32,000 nucleotides of DNA, from NCBI GenBank assembly GCA_000166095.1, contig CP002278.1, positions 840,001 to 872,000 of the forward strand, in the 5' to 3' direction. Every line of letters starts with the position of its first letter. Position 1 is the stretch's first letter. Of the stretch, positions 11,051 through 23,327 are shown piece by piece. The notes beneath the pieces were generated by a model that had not been told where the DNA came from, did no database searches, and worked only from the letters and a program-made list of their open reading frames with translations. The stretch comes from Methanothermus fervidus DSM 2088 (lineage in GTDB: Archaea > Methanobacteriota > Methanobacteria > DSM-2088 > Methanothermaceae). The position numbers and the translations under genes are program-made.

Positions 11051-11806
11051 ATGATTATTATTAAGATAGGTGGTAGTGTTATCACTGATAAAAATTCAAA
11101 ATATCCTAAATTAAATAAAAAAAATTTGAAAAGGGTTTGTAAGGAAATTTGTGAAGTTATGCCCTTCCCTTTAATTTTGGTACATGGGGCAGGATCATTT
11201 GGCCATCCAATCGTAAAAAAATATGATATTATTGCTAATCCCAATAAAAAAGGTTTTTGTATTGTCCACTATTGGGTAAAAAAGTTAAATCTTTATGTTT
11301 GTAGGTATCTACTTAAATATGGTATGGATGTAGTATCCATACAACCTTCTTCATGTATTATAGCATCTGATGGGTTTATAGATTATTTTAATGTAAAAAT
11401 TATTGAGCGATATTTAGAAAAAGAAATCGTTCCTGTGTTATATGGGGATATAGTATTAGATAAATCATTAGAGTTTTCTGTTATTTCTGGAGATCAAATT
11501 GTAAGATATTTAGGAGAAAAAATGAAAGCTAATAAAATTATATTGGCTACAGATGTTGATGGTGTATATGATAAGGATCCAAAAAAACATAAAGATGCAA
11601 AATTAATAAAAAGGATAAAACCTGAAGATAAAATCAAATTAAAAGATTTTAAAGAAGACGTAACAGGAGGTATGGCAGGCAAAGTTTCAGAACTTTTAAA
11701 ATTAGCAGAAAAAGGTGTAAAATCTGAGATTGTAAATGCAAAAAAGAAAAACAGATTGAAAAAATTACTACTTGGGAAAAGAGTCCGTAGAACAATAATA
11801 GGTTAA
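11051..11806 (+). CDS. Isopentenyl phosphate kinase (amino acid kinase family)
   Basis: IIKIGGSVITDKN...LVHGAGSFGHPIVKKY...YGDIVLDKSLEFSVISGDQIVRYLG...DVTGGMAGKVSELL; catalytic His context HGAGSFGH and gene context between mvk and fni. Confidence 0.93.
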   Translation: MIIIKIGGSVITDKNSKYPKLNKKNLKRVCKEICEVMPFPLILVHGAGSFGHPIVKKYDIIANPNKKGFCIVHYWVKKLNLYVCRYLLKYGMDVVSIQPSSCIIASDGFIDYFNVKIIERYLEKEIVPVLYGDIVLDKSLEFSVISGDQIVRYLGEKMKANKIILATDVDGVYDKDPKKHKDAKLIKRIKPEDKIKLKDFKEDVTGGMAGKVSELLKLAEKGVKSEIVNAKKKNRLKKLLLGKRVRRTIIG

Positions 11807-11827
11807 AGATTGGAAGAAGGTGTAAAA

Positions 11828-12889
11828 TTGACCTCAAATAGAAAACTAGAGCATTTAATACTTTGCCTATGTCGTGATGTAGAACACAAAAAGAAATCTG
11901 GTTTTCAAGACATCGAACTGATACATAGAGCATTGCCAGAGATAAATAAAGATGAGATAGATATTAGTGTAAATTTTCTTGGTAAAAAGTTAGAATCCCC
12001 TTTTATGATAACAGGTATAACAGGCGGTCATGAAATATCTTATAAGATAAACAAGGAATTAGCTAAAGCTGCTAAAGCTACTGGGGTAGCATTGGGTTTA
12101 GGAAGTCAAAGAGTTGCCATAGAAAATCCAGAGCTGGAATATACATATACAATTGTAAGAGAAGTAGCTGAAGATGCGTTTATTATAGGGAATATTGGGG
12201 TTAGTCATGTTAAATATGCAAAAAAAGCTGTTGAAATGGTTGATGCAGATGCCTTAGCAATTCATTTAAATCCATTGCAGGAAGCAATACAGCCAGAGGG
12301 CATTACTCACAGCAAGAAAACATTGGAAAAAATAGGAAAAATTGTGAAAGAGCTAGATGTTCCTGTAATAGTAAAAGAAACTGGTGCCGGAATATGTTAT
12401 GAAGATGCTAAATTGCTAAAAAATAAGGGAGTTGCAGCTATAGATGTTGCAGGTGCTGGTGGAACTAGTTGGTCAGCTGTAGAAGCATATAGATCTAAAA
12501 ATAGCCATTTAGGGAAACTTTATTGGGATTGGGGTATTCCAACAGCAATAAGTACTGTAGAAGTTCGGGAAGCTGTAGACATACCTGTAATTGCATCAGG
12601 TGGTATAAGAACAGGTTTAGATGCAGCAAAAGCTATTGCCCTTGGTGCAGACATAGTAGGCATGGCCTTACCAATAATGAAGAAGGCTTTTTTCGGATAT
12701 AAAGAAGTGATTTCATTTATTGAAAATTTCAATGAAGAATTAAAAATTGCAATGTATTTAGTTGGTGCAAAAAACATAGAAGAGCTAAAAAAATGTCCAT
12801 TGGTTATAAGAGGCAAAGTAAGGGAATGGCTACATGAAAGAGGATTCGACACAAAAAAATATGCAAGGAGGTCACTTCATGGACGTTGA
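11828..12889 (+). CDS. fni: Type 2 isopentenyl-diphosphate delta-isomerase
   Basis: [17 protein letters not shown]...[38 protein letters not shown]...[22 protein letters not shown]. The true start is uncertain (TTG 11810 in the track or TTG 11828 after a GAAGG-like SD). Confidence 0.93.
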   Translation: MTSNRKLEHLILCLCRDVEHKKKSGFQDIELIHRALPEINKDEIDISVNFLGKKLESPFMITGITGGHEISYKINKELAKAAKATGVALGLGSQRVAIENPELEYTYTIVREVAEDAFIIGNIGVSHVKYAKKAVEMVDADALAIHLNPLQEAIQPEGITHSKKTLEKIGKIVKELDVPVIVKETGAGICYEDAKLLKNKGVAAIDVAGAGGTSWSAVEAYRSKNSHLGKLYWDWGIPTAISTVEVREAVDIPVIASGGIRTGLDAAKAIALGADIVGMALPIMKKAFFGYKEVISFIENFNEELKIAMYLVGAKNIEELKKCPLVIRGKVREWLHERGFDTKKYARRSLHGR

Positions 12890-14231
12890 AATAATTTCGA
12901 TAGGAGGCTACGAAGAAGTAGGTAAAAATATGACTGCAGTCAAAGTTGGGAAGGACATAGTAATTTTTGACATGGGCATTCATCTAGATAGAGTACATAT
13001 TCATGAAGATACTAATCTAGCACGTATGCACAGTCTAGAACTGATAAATAGGGGTGTAATACCTGATGACACAATTATGAGAAACGTGGATGGGAATGTA
13101 CGTGCAATAGTTTTTACTCATGGCCACTTAGATCATATTGGAGCTGTAACAAAGCTTGCAGAAAAATATAATGCACCTATAATATCAACTCCCTACACAT
13201 TAGGATTAATAGAAAGGATGTTAAAAAGTGAGAAAAAATTTAATGTACTTAAACGTTTACAAGTTCTAAAAGGTGGGGAAAAGTGTCAGATATCCTCTAA
13301 TATAATACTGGAATTCATACATGTGACACATAGTATTCCCCATTCAGTTATTGCAGTGTTACACACACCAGTTGGAGCAATAGTTTATGCACTTGACTTT
13401 AAATTTGATAATCATCAGATAATATCACCACCACCGCAATACTCAAGATTGAGAAAACTTGGCAAAGAAAATGTTTTTGCATTAATAGTTGAGTCAACTA
13501 GAGTTGGGGAAGTTTGTGAAGTTAAAACACATTCAGAAAGAATTGCAAGATTTGTACTTGAAGACATAATGAAAAATCTTTTAGATGAAAAAGTTGGAAT
13601 AATAATAACGACATTTTCTTCACATATAGAACGTATTCAAGCAATAGCTGATATTGTGGAGGAGAACAGCAATAGACACATGTTAATCCTTGGAAGATCT
13701 ATGGAACGTTATTGTAGTATAGCTGAAAATATGGAACTTTTAAAATTACCTGAAAATGCAAGTATATATGGAAATCCAAAAGCAGTGTCACAAGCACTTG
13801 CCAGGGCAACCGCTAATAAAGAAGACTATGTACTTATAACCACCGGACACCAGGGGGAACCAGATGCATTGCTTCCTAGAATAGCAAATTCGAAAACACC
13901 ATACAAAATACAGAAAACAGACAACATTATAATTTCTGCTCCAGTGATTCCACATCCTGTAAATACTGCAAACAGATATCTTATGGAAAAACGTCTTCAA
14001 GCAAGAGGAGCAAGGATATTTACAGATGTGCATGTTTCAGGACATGCTGGAAGAGAAGACCATAGAGACCTAATTAGAATGCTAAATCCAATGCATATAA
14101 TACCAGCTCATGGTGACCTCCAGATGTTATCAGCATATGCAGAACTTGCAGAAGAGGAAGGTTATAATCTTGGTGAAGATATACATCTTCTTCGAAATGG
14201 TCAGGCACAAGTTTTTGAAGGAGGACAATAA
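12879..14231 (+). CDS. rnj: Ribonuclease J (metallo-beta-lactamase/beta-CASP)
   Basis: [58 protein letters not shown] 12879 has an upstream AAGGAGG; the track start 12834 is too early. Confidence 0.94.
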   Translation: MDVEIISIGGYEEVGKNMTAVKVGKDIVIFDMGIHLDRVHIHEDTNLARMHSLELINRGVIPDDTIMRNVDGNVRAIVFTHGHLDHIGAVTKLAEKYNAPIISTPYTLGLIERMLKSEKKFNVLKRLQVLKGGEKCQISSNIILEFIHVTHSIPHSVIAVLHTPVGAIVYALDFKFDNHQIISPPPQYSRLRKLGKENVFALIVESTRVGEVCEVKTHSERIARFVLEDIMKNLLDEKVGIIITTFSSHIERIQAIADIVEENSNRHMLILGRSMERYCSIAENMELLKLPENASIYGNPKAVSQALARATANKEDYVLITTGHQGEPDALLPRIANSKTPYKIQKTDNIIISAPVIPHPVNTANRYLMEKRLQARGARIFTDVHVSGHAGREDHRDLIRMLNPMHIIPAHGDLQMLSAYAELAEEEGYNLGEDIHLLRNGQAQVFEGGQ

Positions 14232-15200
14232 ATGCATTATTTAGAAAAATATTCTAAATTAATTGAAGAGGAAATTAGGAAAAATATATCAGACATTGAA
14301 CCTACTGAATTATATAAATCATCAGCACATCTAATTGAAGCTGGTGGGAAAAGAATAAGACCATCATTAGTGTTGTTAAGTACAGAATCAGTTGGTGGAA
14401 AGATTGAAGATGCATTAAATGCAGCAACTGCTATAGAATTAATACATACATTCTCTCTTATACATGATGATATAATGGATAAAGATGAGGTTAGAAGAGG
14501 TAGGGCTACAGTACATGTCATATGGGGAGAACCTCTAGCAATCCTTGCAGGAGATGTTTTATTTTCAAAAGCATTTGAAGTCATGTTAAAAAGTAATATA
14601 GATGAAAAAAGATTGGTTAAGGTATTAGATGTCATGACAAAAGCTTGTGTCAATCTTTGTAAAGGGCAGGCATATGATATGTTATTTGAAAAAAATTTTG
14701 AAGTTAAAGAAAAAGAATATCTTGAAATGATATATTACAAAACTGCTTCTTTGATAGCAGCATCTACTAAAATTGGTGCTATAATTGGCAATGGATCAAA
14801 AGAAGAAATAAATGCTCTTTATAATTATGGAAAATTCCTTGGATTAGCATTTCAAATTCATGATGATTATTTAGATATCGCTGGGGATGAAAAACAATTG
14901 GGAAAACCTGTGGGCAGTGATATAGTTGAAGGAAAAATGACATTAATAGCTATAAAAGCATTAAATGAGGCTAATAAAGAAGATAGAGAAAAATTAATTT
15001 CAATTTTGCAAAGTGGTGATGAAAAAAAAGTAAAAGATGCAATAGAAATTTTTAAAAAATATAATTCCATAGAATATACACATGAAAAGGCTTTAAAATA
15101 TGCTAAAAAGGCAAAGGCCAGCATTGAAGTACTTGAAGATTCAAAAGCTAAAGATACGTTGCTTTCCATTGCTGATTTTGTTGTTAAAAGAGAATATTAG
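14232..15200 (+). CDS. idsA: Short-chain polyprenyl (geranylgeranyl/farnesyl) diphosphate synthase
   Basis: [20 protein letters not shown]...[15 protein letters not shown]...[16 protein letters not shown] (FARM and SARM DDxxD motifs). Confidence 0.94.
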   Translation: MHYLEKYSKLIEEEIRKNISDIEPTELYKSSAHLIEAGGKRIRPSLVLLSTESVGGKIEDALNAATAIELIHTFSLIHDDIMDKDEVRRGRATVHVIWGEPLAILAGDVLFSKAFEVMLKSNIDEKRLVKVLDVMTKACVNLCKGQAYDMLFEKNFEVKEKEYLEMIYYKTASLIAASTKIGAIIGNGSKEEINALYNYGKFLGLAFQIHDDYLDIAGDEKQLGKPVGSDIVEGKMTLIAIKALNEANKEDREKLISILQSGDEKKVKDAIEIFKKYNSIEYTHEKALKYAKKAKASIEVLEDSKAKDTLLSIADFVVKREY

Positions 15201-15202
15201 GG

Positions 15203-16888
15203 ATGATTATGGTCACAGATCTTAAAAAACTTGCTTATAAATGTGCTTTGAACAACGCTGTAAAACACGGAGGCAAAGCAAAAGAAAGCGCTGTCATTGG
15301 CATGATTTTTTCACTTGAACCAAAATTCAGAAAAAATGTTCAGGAAGTGATACAGGCTACAAAGGACGCTGTGAAAAAAGTAAACAAAATGGAAAAAGAT
15401 GAGCAGATTAAAGAGCTTGAAAGAATTGGAAAAATAAAAAGTAAAAGAAAAGAAAAAAAGGAAGAGTTAGAAGAGTTACCAGAACCTCACAAAAATGTAG
15501 TAATGCGTTTTGCACCAAGTCCAAGTGGTCCTCTACATATAGGACATGCAAGGGCTGCAATTCTTAATTATGAATATACAAAAAGATACAATGGAAAATT
15601 GATAATTAGAATAGAAGATACAGACCCCAAAAAAGTGTATCCTGATGCTTATGAGATGATACCTGAGGATCTTGAGTGGTTAGGTGTAAAATACGACGAG
15701 ATTGTTGTACAGAGTGATAGGATACCTATTTACTATGATATAGCAAAAGAGGTTATAAAGAGGAATGGCGGATATATATGTACCTGTGAACCTGAAAAAT
15801 TCAGAAATCTTCGTGACAAATCAATTCCTTGTCCTTGTCGTAATAATTCAGTTGAAGAAAACTTAGAAAAATGGGAACAAATGTTTGAAATGGATGAAGG
15901 TGAGGCTGTTTTAAGAATAAAAACTGATTTAAAGCATAAAAATCCAGCAGTCAGAGAATGGGTAGCTATGAGAATTGTGGATGCTGAACATCCAAGAGTA
16001 GGAGATAAATATAGAGTATTTCCAACAATGAATTTTGCTGTAGCTGTAGATGATCACTTAATGGGAATGACTCATGTACTAAGAGGAAAGGATCATTTAG
16101 CAAATACAGAAAAACAGAAATATCTTTATAAACACATGGAATGGGAACCACCTGTTTTTATTCATTATGGTAGGGTCATGATTGAGGATTCACAGCTTAG
16201 TACAAGTAACATTAGGAAAAAAATAGAAAAAGGTGAATATTCAGGATGGGATGATCCACGGCTTGGTACTTTAAGAGCTCTGAAAAGAAGAGGGATAAAA
16301 CCTGAAGCATTGAAAAAATTGATACTTGAAATTGGAATTAAAATGGCTGATGTCACAGTGTCTTGGGAAAAAATATATGGATTTAATAGAAACATTGTAG
16401 AGAAAGAGGCCAATAGGTACTTCTTTGTTCCTAATCCAAAAAAAGTTAAAATTAAAGGACTTCCAAAAAATTTTGAAGGCAAGGTTGTTAAACGACCTCT
16501 ACATCCTGATTTTCATGAAAGAGGGTATAGAAAGCTAACAATAAATAAATGTGTATATTTACCAACAGAAGATATTTCTGGCGATGGAATTAACTTCAGA
16601 CTTATAGATGCTATAAATGTTAAATTTGAGGAAAATGATGTAATATATCATAGCAAAAGCTTAGAAGATGCTCATAAAATAAAAGCAAAAATGATCCAAT
16701 GGTTACCTTGTGATGAAGTTATTAAAGCCAAAGTTATAATGCCTGATGCATCTGTTGTTAAAGGAGTAGTAGAGAAGAATATTTTGAAAGAGAAAACAAA
16801 TGATATTGTACAGCTAGAAAGATTTGGATTTGCAAGAATAGATAAAATAGATAAAAATGAAATAACATTATATTATTCCCATAAATAG
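15203..16888 (+). CDS. gltX: Glutamyl-tRNA synthetase, archaeal type
   Basis: [29 protein letters not shown]...[15 protein letters not shown]...[14 protein letters not shown] 15203 or 15209. Confidence 0.96.
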   Translation: MIMVTDLKKLAYKCALNNAVKHGGKAKESAVIGMIFSLEPKFRKNVQEVIQATKDAVKKVNKMEKDEQIKELERIGKIKSKRKEKKEELEELPEPHKNVVMRFAPSPSGPLHIGHARAAILNYEYTKRYNGKLIIRIEDTDPKKVYPDAYEMIPEDLEWLGVKYDEIVVQSDRIPIYYDIAKEVIKRNGGYICTCEPEKFRNLRDKSIPCPCRNNSVEENLEKWEQMFEMDEGEAVLRIKTDLKHKNPAVREWVAMRIVDAEHPRVGDKYRVFPTMNFAVAVDDHLMGMTHVLRGKDHLANTEKQKYLYKHMEWEPPVFIHYGRVMIEDSQLSTSNIRKKIEKGEYSGWDDPRLGTLRALKRRGIKPEALKKLILEIGIKMADVTVSWEKIYGFNRNIVEKEANRYFFVPNPKKVKIKGLPKNFEGKVVKRPLHPDFHERGYRKLTINKCVYLPTEDISGDGINFRLIDAINVKFEENDVIYHSKSLEDAHKIKAKMIQWLPCDEVIKAKVIMPDASVVKGVVEKNILKEKTNDIVQLERFGFARIDKIDKNEITLYYSHK

Positions 16889-16899
16889 GGGGAATAAAA

Positions 16900-18123
16900 T
16901 TGGCAAAAATCAATGAAAATTATTTATTACTTCCAGAAAATTACATATTTTCAGAAATTGAAGCAAGGATACAAAAATTCAAAAAAGAAAATCCTGATGC
17001 AAATATCATAGATTTAGGTATTGGGGATGTTACAAGACCACTACCTAAAGCTGTTATTGAGGCATTTCATCGTGCTGTAGATGAAATGGGAAGACCTGAA
17101 ACATTTAGAGGATATGGACCTGAACAAGGGTATAAGTTCCTTATTGAAAAAATAATAAAATATGATTATGAGAAAAGAAATATAGAATTGTCAGTAGACG
17201 AAGTTTTCATAAGTGATGGTGCAAAGTGTGACATAGCCAACATACAAGAATTATTTGATGTAAATAATCGTGTAGCTGTATTGGACCCAGTATACCCTGT
17301 TTATGTTGAAACAAATGTAATGGCAGGACGTGCAGGCAAACCAACTGATGGAAAATATGAAAATATTGTATATTTACCATGTAAAGAAGAAAACAATTTT
17401 ATACCTCCTCTACCAGATGAAAAAGTAGATCTTATATATTTATGTTATCCTAACAATCCAACAGGTACAGTGCTTACAAAAAAAGAATTAAAAAAATGGG
17501 TAGATTATGCACATGAAAATGAGAGTATAATTTTGTATGATGGAGCATATGAAGCATTTATTCAGGAAAAAAACATTCCACATAGTATATATGAGATTGA
17601 AGATGCTAAAGAGGTTGCTATAGAATTCAGAAGCTTTTCAAAAACTGCTGGATTTACAGGAGTTAGATGTGCATATTGTGTTGTTCCTCTCCAAGCCAAA
17701 GCAAAAGACAATAAAGGTAGAAAACATTCCTTAAACAAATTATGGAGACGTAGACAGGCAGCAAAGTTTAATGGAGTATCATACCCTGTTCAAGTTGCTG
17801 CGAGTGCTGTGTATACAAAAAGAGGACAAAGAGAGATTAAAGAGTCTATAGAATATTACTTAAATAATGCGAAAATTATGAGAAAAGCCTTGAAAAAAAT
17901 TGGTTTAAAGGCTTATGGAGGTGTAAATGCACCTTACATCTGGATAAAAACTCCTAATGGTATGAACTCTTGGGACTTTTTCGATTATTTACTTGAAAAC
18001 GCACAAATAGTTGGAACGCCAGGTATTGGATTTGGACCCAGTGGTGAAGGATACTTTAGGATAACCGCGTTTAATACAAGAGAAAATACTAAAGAAGCTA
18101 TGAAAAGATTAGAAGATTTGTAG
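16900..18123 (+). CDS. dapL: LL-diaminopimelate aminotransferase
   Basis: [15 protein letters not shown]...[17 protein letters not shown]...[16 protein letters not shown]...[24 protein letters not shown] start. Confidence 0.92.
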   Translation: MAKINENYLLLPENYIFSEIEARIQKFKKENPDANIIDLGIGDVTRPLPKAVIEAFHRAVDEMGRPETFRGYGPEQGYKFLIEKIIKYDYEKRNIELSVDEVFISDGAKCDIANIQELFDVNNRVAVLDPVYPVYVETNVMAGRAGKPTDGKYENIVYLPCKEENNFIPPLPDEKVDLIYLCYPNNPTGTVLTKKELKKWVDYAHENESIILYDGAYEAFIQEKNIPHSIYEIEDAKEVAIEFRSFSKTAGFTGVRCAYCVVPLQAKAKDNKGRKHSLNKLWRRRQAAKFNGVSYPVQVAASAVYTKRGQREIKESIEYYLNNAKIMRKALKKIGLKAYGGVNAPYIWIKTPNGMNSWDFFDYLLENAQIVGTPGIGFGPSGEGYFRITAFNTRENTKEAMKRLEDL

Positions 18124-18126
18124 TTG

Positions 18127-18531
18127 ATGAATATGACGAAGTTAAATCAAGTGTATAGATGTAATGTTTGTGGAAATATTGTAGAGGTTTTGAATCCAGG
18201 TGAGGGAAAGTTAGTTTGTTGCGGACAAGAAATGGAGTTATTGCTTGCAAGAAAGACTGATGTAGGTCCTGAAAAACATGTTCCTGTTATAGAGAATTTT
18301 GATAACAAAATTAAGGTAAGAGTTGGCAAGGTTCCACATCCAATGGAAAGTAATCATTACATTTTGTGGATAGAACTAATAACACCTAAAAAAAGTTATA
18401 GAATATCATTAAACCCTGGTGATAAACCTGAAGCAATATTTCCAAGGCCTAAATCTAAAAAATACATGGTTAGGTGCTATTGTAACATACATGGTTTGTG
18501 GCATGACTTAGAAGAAAAGATGAAATTTTGA
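18127..18531 (+). CDS. dfx: Desulfoferrodoxin / 2Fe superoxide reductase
   Basis: N-terminal desulforedoxin-like domain YRCNVCGN...CCGQEM, catalytic domain EKHVPVIE...GKVPHPMESNHYILWIEL...RCYCNIHGLW. Confidence 0.93.
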   Translation: MNMTKLNQVYRCNVCGNIVEVLNPGEGKLVCCGQEMELLLARKTDVGPEKHVPVIENFDNKIKVRVGKVPHPMESNHYILWIELITPKKSYRISLNPGDKPEAIFPRPKSKKYMVRCYCNIHGLWHDLEEKMKF

Positions 18532-18540
18532 GGCCTTAAA

Positions 18541-19065
18541 ATGAGAAAAATTTTGCTGTCGCTGTTTTTTATTTTATTAATCTTTATTATTTTCCATGTT
18601 TATAGCAATGATCATGATCTAACAAAAATATCAGAGGAAATTAATAACCATCTTAAACAGGGAAATAAATACTATAATAATGCTGTTATAGCTATAAATT
18701 CTAATGATACCTATTCTGCCTCCAAAAATTGTGAAAACGCAATATCTGAATATAAAACTGTACAAAACTTAACATTATTGGCCTTATCTGAAGGAAAAAA
18801 TGATGAAGTTTTTAATAGATATCTTAATTTAGTTCTTAAGGACATAGAAAACAGAATAAATGCTGTAAATGAGTTAAAGTTAGCAATAGAAATGATCAGT
18901 AATGGTAAGAATGTAACTGCAAGAGAACATGTAAAGAACGCCAACTATTATATGCTGGTTTCAGAGAATTTAGAAAAAGAACGAGAAAAGATAATGAAAC
19001 AATATCCTCAAAAATTTATACAAGTTTATTTGTTGGTCCTTGATTTAGGTTTATATGTAGCATAG
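18541..19065 (+). CDS. Hypothetical secreted or N-terminally membrane-anchored helical protein
   Basis: SD-like GAGG upstream, strong N-terminal hydrophobic segment [18 protein letters not shown], then a helical ectodomain with NDT, NLT and NVT sequons. 3' end overlaps the polB end by 40 nt. Confidence 0.7.
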   Translation: MRKILLSLFFILLIFIIFHVYSNDHDLTKISEEINNHLKQGNKYYNNAVIAINSNDTYSASKNCENAISEYKTVQNLTLLALSEGKNDEVFNRYLNLVLKDIENRINAVNELKLAIEMISNGKNVTAREHVKNANYYMLVSENLEKEREKIMKQYPQKFIQVYLLVLDLGLYVA

Positions 19066-20771
19066 AAGCCATCAGTGTCTGCATATACAGTATGAAATCC
19101 AAATTTTTCAGCTTCTTTTATAGTTTCTTTAATATATTTTCTACCCCATGCTGTTATTGCTTCTGCACATTCAATACAATACCATCTAAAATTAGGATAT
19201 CCATAAACACCATACATTGTGTTGGCTAATCTTTTCAATGCTTCTTGCTGTACATTTAAAATCTTTTTTTCTAGAGGATCTTTTGTTTTTTTCATCTTCT
19301 CTTTTATTTCTGCTCTTTCATCCAATATTTCTCCAATAATTGAAGGTATAAAACCTTTAGGCTTTTTTAAAAATTTATGTCCTGATTCTGGTGCAACATA
19401 AACATCTTTCTTATCTTCGTTTGTCAATGTATCAGGTGAAACATTTTTAGAAATTATTATACTTGGATATAAACTTTTAAAATCAAATTGTACAAGATCC
19501 TCATGTAATCCTTTTTCAGGTTCTTTTACATATCCACCTACAGGCCGTCTTCGTTTTCTTTCTTCAAGTTCAGCTTTTGATGGTTTGTTTGGTACCAATT
19601 CATTGCGTTCAAATGCTTTCCTGATTAAAAACCATTCTACTTGCTGTCCCGTTGTCATTCTTGCTATATCAGAAAGAGGCTGACCAACTATCCTTGTTAA
19701 TTCTAATATTAGAGGTAAAATTTTTTTAGCTATTTTGTATGTAGATTCTGCATCATCAAGAGAATATTTAAATAATTCGTCTCTTTTTTCATCACTATCC
19801 CAATACTTCCATAGTTCATCGCCAGGTATTCCTAACTTCTTCTCTTCACCAAACAATTCATAATAAACACGTTCAAGTGTATAGGTATCCAATCTTATAT
19901 ATTGCCGTATTACCCAATAAAGATCAACATGTAATATTCCTTTAATCATTGCTGCAGTTGAAAATCCTCTCCTCACAAACTTTATTTCTGATCCATCAAC
20001 TCCAAGATCTAATTTAATTCCCAACTTCCTTGCTCTATCTCTTATGTAAGGGAAATCAAAATTATCTGAATTATAACCAATAATTATATCTGGATTTTCA
20101 GACTTTACTATTTCTTTAAACCTTTCTAAAATTTCTTTTTCATTGGAAACTTCTTCAACAAAATTTAGTGTACTTCCTTCACTTGATATTACTTTCTTTA
20201 TACCAGAATTACCCACAATACTGATCATTATAATTTCATCTTTTTCTGGACGCGGCATGCCTTTTGGATTCCGAACTTCAATATCAAAAGCTAAAATTTT
20301 ATAATCATGATAAACATCTTTCAATACTTTAGGAGGTTTCTCAAGTTCTATAAAAGTGACATCGCCCCTTTTATATTCTTTACCTTCAGCAATGATTTTT
20401 GACATTGGGAATAAATTGTTATCAATAAGGTATCGTCTATAAAATGGAATATCATATTCTCTAATTTCCTTTACTTCATTTAATTTTCGTATCTTATCTC
20501 TGACTTTAGGAACTTCTTGAGGATGTAAAAAAACAACCTTCAAAACTTTTATTTTTTTACCTAAATCTCTTTTCTCTATAACTTTAATTTCTTCTACATC
20601 AAATTTTTCCAATTTTTCTTTACACTTTTCAATGTCTTTTGGTATAACATAGATATATGGCTTAAATGACCTATCTAATGCAATCACAGGTCTCCTATTA
20701 TTATCTTTACAAAATAAACGTACCACGGGTTTCTTATTTTCCGTCTTATAGTCAGCATCTAATAATATCAT
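19026..20771 (-). CDS. polB1: Family B DNA polymerase, large N-terminal part (exonuclease + palm/fingers) ending just after motif C; split PolB subunit
   Basis: ExoI FDIEVRNP, Exo[14 protein letters not shown], Exo[12 protein letters not shown], motif [11 protein letters not shown], motif [15 protein letters not shown], motif C YADTDG followed by only [13 protein letters not shown] and stop. Confidence 0.92.
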   Translation of the reverse strand: MILLDADYKTENKKPVVRLFCKDNNRRPVIALDRSFKPYIYVIPKDIEKCKEKLEKFDVEEIKVIEKRDLGKKIKVLKVVFLHPQEVPKVRDKIRKLNEVKEIREYDIPFYRRYLIDNNLFPMSKIIAEGKEYKRGDVTFIELEKPPKVLKDVYHDYKILAFDIEVRNPKGMPRPEKDEIIMISIVGNSGIKKVISSEGSTLNFVEEVSNEKEILERFKEIVKSENPDIIIGYNSDNFDFPYIRDRARKLGIKLDLGVDGSEIKFVRRGFSTAAMIKGILHVDLYWVIRQYIRLDTYTLERVYYELFGEEKKLGIPGDELWKYWDSDEKRDELFKYSLDDAESTYKIAKKILPLILELTRIVGQPLSDIARMTTGQQVEWFLIRKAFERNELVPNKPSKAELEERKRRRPVGGYVKEPEKGLHEDLVQFDFKSLYPSIIISKNVSPDTLTNEDKKDVYVAPESGHKFLKKPKGFIPSIIGEILDERAEIKEKMKKTKDPLEKKILNVQQEALKRLANTMYGVYGYPNFRWYCIECAEAITAWGRKYIKETIKEAEKFGFHTVYADTDGFYATYKPKSRTNK

Positions 20772-20777
20772 TTTATC

Positions 20778-21959
20778 TCAAATTAAGTTGTTTAAATCAT
20801 TAAATATTACATCTAAATTGTTACTTGGCAAGTAAATAGCAGCTTTTGCAGAATCAACGCCAATAGTCTTATATCCAAGGTCTTCAATAGGAGTTACTAC
20901 CATACAAGTATCACATAAAATTTTTCCTCCAGATTTTTCGATAATTTTTGTGTAGCCCATTCTATCTGCCATAATTTTTGTGGACAATGACGTACAAACC
21001 CACAAATCACAATTTAATTTTTTATTTGCTACTATTTCAGCAACTTTTTTAATATCCTGAATTGATGAATGAGGACAACCTATACATACAATTTCAGGTT
21101 TTTCATTTGTTGTAGATAATTCTTCCTTTGCAGCCTTTAAATCCTTTTTGGTTACAGTAATTTTATCTTCAAATTCATTTTTATCTATAAGAGAATACTC
21201 AGGTGTTACTCCTTCGATATGGTAAAGAGCAACAGCTCCAGCAGATGCCAGTGCAGCTCCTAAATTTTTTAAATCATCTACATCTGGTCTATTTAACATT
21301 TTAAAATAAGGTATTTTATCATTTATTTCTTTACCTATTAAATATCCTAAAACAGCATAATCAATTCCATTTAATTTTTCTTTTACTTCCACTAATACAT
21401 TTGGATTTCTATTTTCCTCTAAATGATATCCATATCTTGGTGTTTTTCCACATATAGCAGCTGCTAGTGCACTTGGACCTCCTTCTCTATTTGTTCTAGC
21501 ACCTAACACTGAATTTGCATATATAACTGCAGAGGATTCTGACCATGCAATATGCGATTTAAAAGTTGGAATATTTCCACAAAAATAGGGAGTACATGTA
21601 CATGATAAAGTCACGCCCATCTTTTGATAGGCTTTAACTATTTTGATTTGTTTTTTAGCAAAATTAGAAGGTATATTCAATTCTTCCCATCTTTTTAAAT
21701 CCATGCCAATTGGATTAAGCGTTGTGTAAACACTTGTAGTTGCAGAATTTTTTACCATATCTTCTAAATATTCAAGTCCAGCATCTCCGATAGTCTTATA
21801 AGATGCTCCCGAAACTTGCGCTGAAGAAATATTTATCAATCTATCAGCATCATATATATCACCTAATGTAACTAGTATTTCCATACTTATCCTAACAGCC
21901 TCTCCAAATTCTCCTTCATACATCTTTTCTTCTTCACGTGTAAGATACATGTTATACAC
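20778..21959 (-). CDS. Aconitase X catalytic (large) domain; probable phosphomevalonate dehydratase large subunit
   Basis: [39 protein letters not shown]...[20 protein letters not shown]...CTCTPYF...[27 protein letters not shown]...VCIGCPHSS...DTCMVV. Start GTG 21959 or ATG 21950. Confidence 0.88.
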   Translation of the reverse strand: MYNMYLTREEEKMYEGEFGEAVRISMEILVTLGDIYDADRLINISSAQVSGASYKTIGDAGLEYLEDMVKNSATTSVYTTLNPIGMDLKRWEELNIPSNFAKKQIKIVKAYQKMGVTLSCTCTPYFCGNIPTFKSHIAWSESSAVIYANSVLGARTNREGGPSALAAAICGKTPRYGYHLEENRNPNVLVEVKEKLNGIDYAVLGYLIGKEINDKIPYFKMLNRPDVDDLKNLGAALASAGAVALYHIEGVTPEYSLIDKNEFEDKITVTKKDLKAAKEELSTTNEKPEIVCIGCPHSSIQDIKKVAEIVANKKLNCDLWVCTSLSTKIMADRMGYTKIIEKSGGKILCDTCMVVTPIEDLGYKTIGVDSAKAAIYLPSNNLDVIFNDLNNLI

Positions 21960-21965
21960 GCCAAA

Positions 21966-23327
21966 TCACTTTTTTTGCTCACCAACAATTTCATCTACAA
22001 TATTTAAAAAATTATTCATTTCTTTGTATGGTATCATTGCACCTGCAGCAACGTTATGGCCACCTCCATTTCCACCAACACTATCAGAAGCCCGTTTCAA
22101 TGCCTTACCTAAATTTACACCCTTTTCAACGACAGACATGTTTGTTCTTGCAGAAACCTTTACATGGTTGTTAATTTTGTATAAACCTAAAGTCGGCATT
22201 GAATCATCAAGAATTCCTACTGACATTGCAATACTTACCAATGTTCCTATAATTGGCTTTATAGATTTATCTTCTGTGTAAACGTATTGTATATTCTTCA
22301 TTTTTTTACTATTTTCTCTTTTTAACCACTTTAATCCCTTTATTATTTTTTCATTATATTTTTTGAGGATCTTTGTGGCTTTTTCAATGTCTTCATTTTT
22401 ATTTTTGAGACATATGCTGAGTGCCAAGCCATACTCCTTGCTTTTACCACATGCGTCCAAAATTTCTGAAAAATATCTAAGGTCTTTAAGTTGACCAAAT
22501 CCAGGATCTAAATAAATTTTTCCATAGATATCTGGATTTATTTTACATAAGGATTCTTTAAGTTTTTCTTTTTCTTCTTTGTCCAATTCGTTATACCTTG
22601 CTTTGGGATTTATCCCTATTTTTTCTAAAAATTTTTTTGCAGAATCAAAATCTCCAGTTATTCCGGTAAGTGGTGGATAAAAAGTAAATGCAAGTGCTCT
22701 ATACAAATATTCATCTTTATGTAATATCCTAATATCTTCCTTCACTTTAATCTCGCCTTTTTTCAAACCTTCATCTAATATTATTTTATTTACACCCAAA
22801 AATCCATTTTCACATTGCATGTCACCTATAGCACCTACTAAAGCCATGCTAGCTAAATGTTCTATTTCAAAATTTTTCATAATTAGATATGCAGTACCTG
22901 AAGCGCTCAACTCTTGTGTACCATCAATATTAAAAAGATGTGGGTTCACATGAACAATGTTACCATTTCCTTCAATATCGTTTATTTCTCCAGTTATCTG
23001 ATGGTGATCAGCAACAATTACATCTCCTTTTAAATTTTTTGATAATATTTCTATCTCAGAACTTCCCATGTCACAGAAAAAGAATACTTTATATTTTTCT
23101 CTTGCTAATTTTTTTATAAATTCTTCATGAAGTCTAGAAATTATAGATACATGAAATTGTCCATCATTTTCAGATATGGCACGAGCTACCAATCCTGCAG
23201 ATGATAAACCATCAGAATCATTATGTGATATTATACGCACAATATTTTCATTGTCCAAATGTTCTTTAAGAATTTTAAATCCTTCATCTGCCTTATTTAA
23301 CAAGGACTGCAGCTTTTTCTGGGTCAT
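21966..23327 (-). CDS. RecJ-like DHH-family single-strand exonuclease (archaeal GAN-like)
   Basis: [20 protein letters not shown]...DHHQITG...GAIGDMQ...[15 protein letters not shown]. The track start is 23351; ATG at 23327 (MTQKK) is also plausible. Confidence 0.88.
   Translation of the reverse strand: MTQKKLQSLLNKADEGFKILKEHLDNENIVRIISHNDSDGLSSAGLVARAISENDGQFHVSIISRLHEEFIKKLAREKYKVFFFCDMGSSEIEILSKNLKGDVIVADHHQITGEINDIEGNGNIVHVNPHLFNIDGTQELSASGTAYLIMKNFEIEHLASMALVGAIGDMQCENGFLGVNKIILDEGLKKGEIKVKEDIRILHKDEYLYRALAFTFYPPLTGITGDFDSAKKFLEKIGINPKARYNELDKEEKEKLKESLCKINPDIYGKIYLDPGFGQLKDLRYFSEILDACGKSKEYGLALSICLKNKNEDIEKATKILKKYNEKIIKGLKWLKRENSKKMKNIQYVYTEDKSIKPIIGTLVSIAMSVGILDDSMPTLGLYKINNHVKVSARTNMSVVEKGVNLGKALKRASDSVGGNGGGHNVAAGAMIPYKEMNNFLNIVDEIVGEQKK

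Noticed and set aside
12520-12852. 110-aa minus-strand ORF
   Set aside because: Antisense to IPP isomerase; low-complexity Ser/Ala composition.
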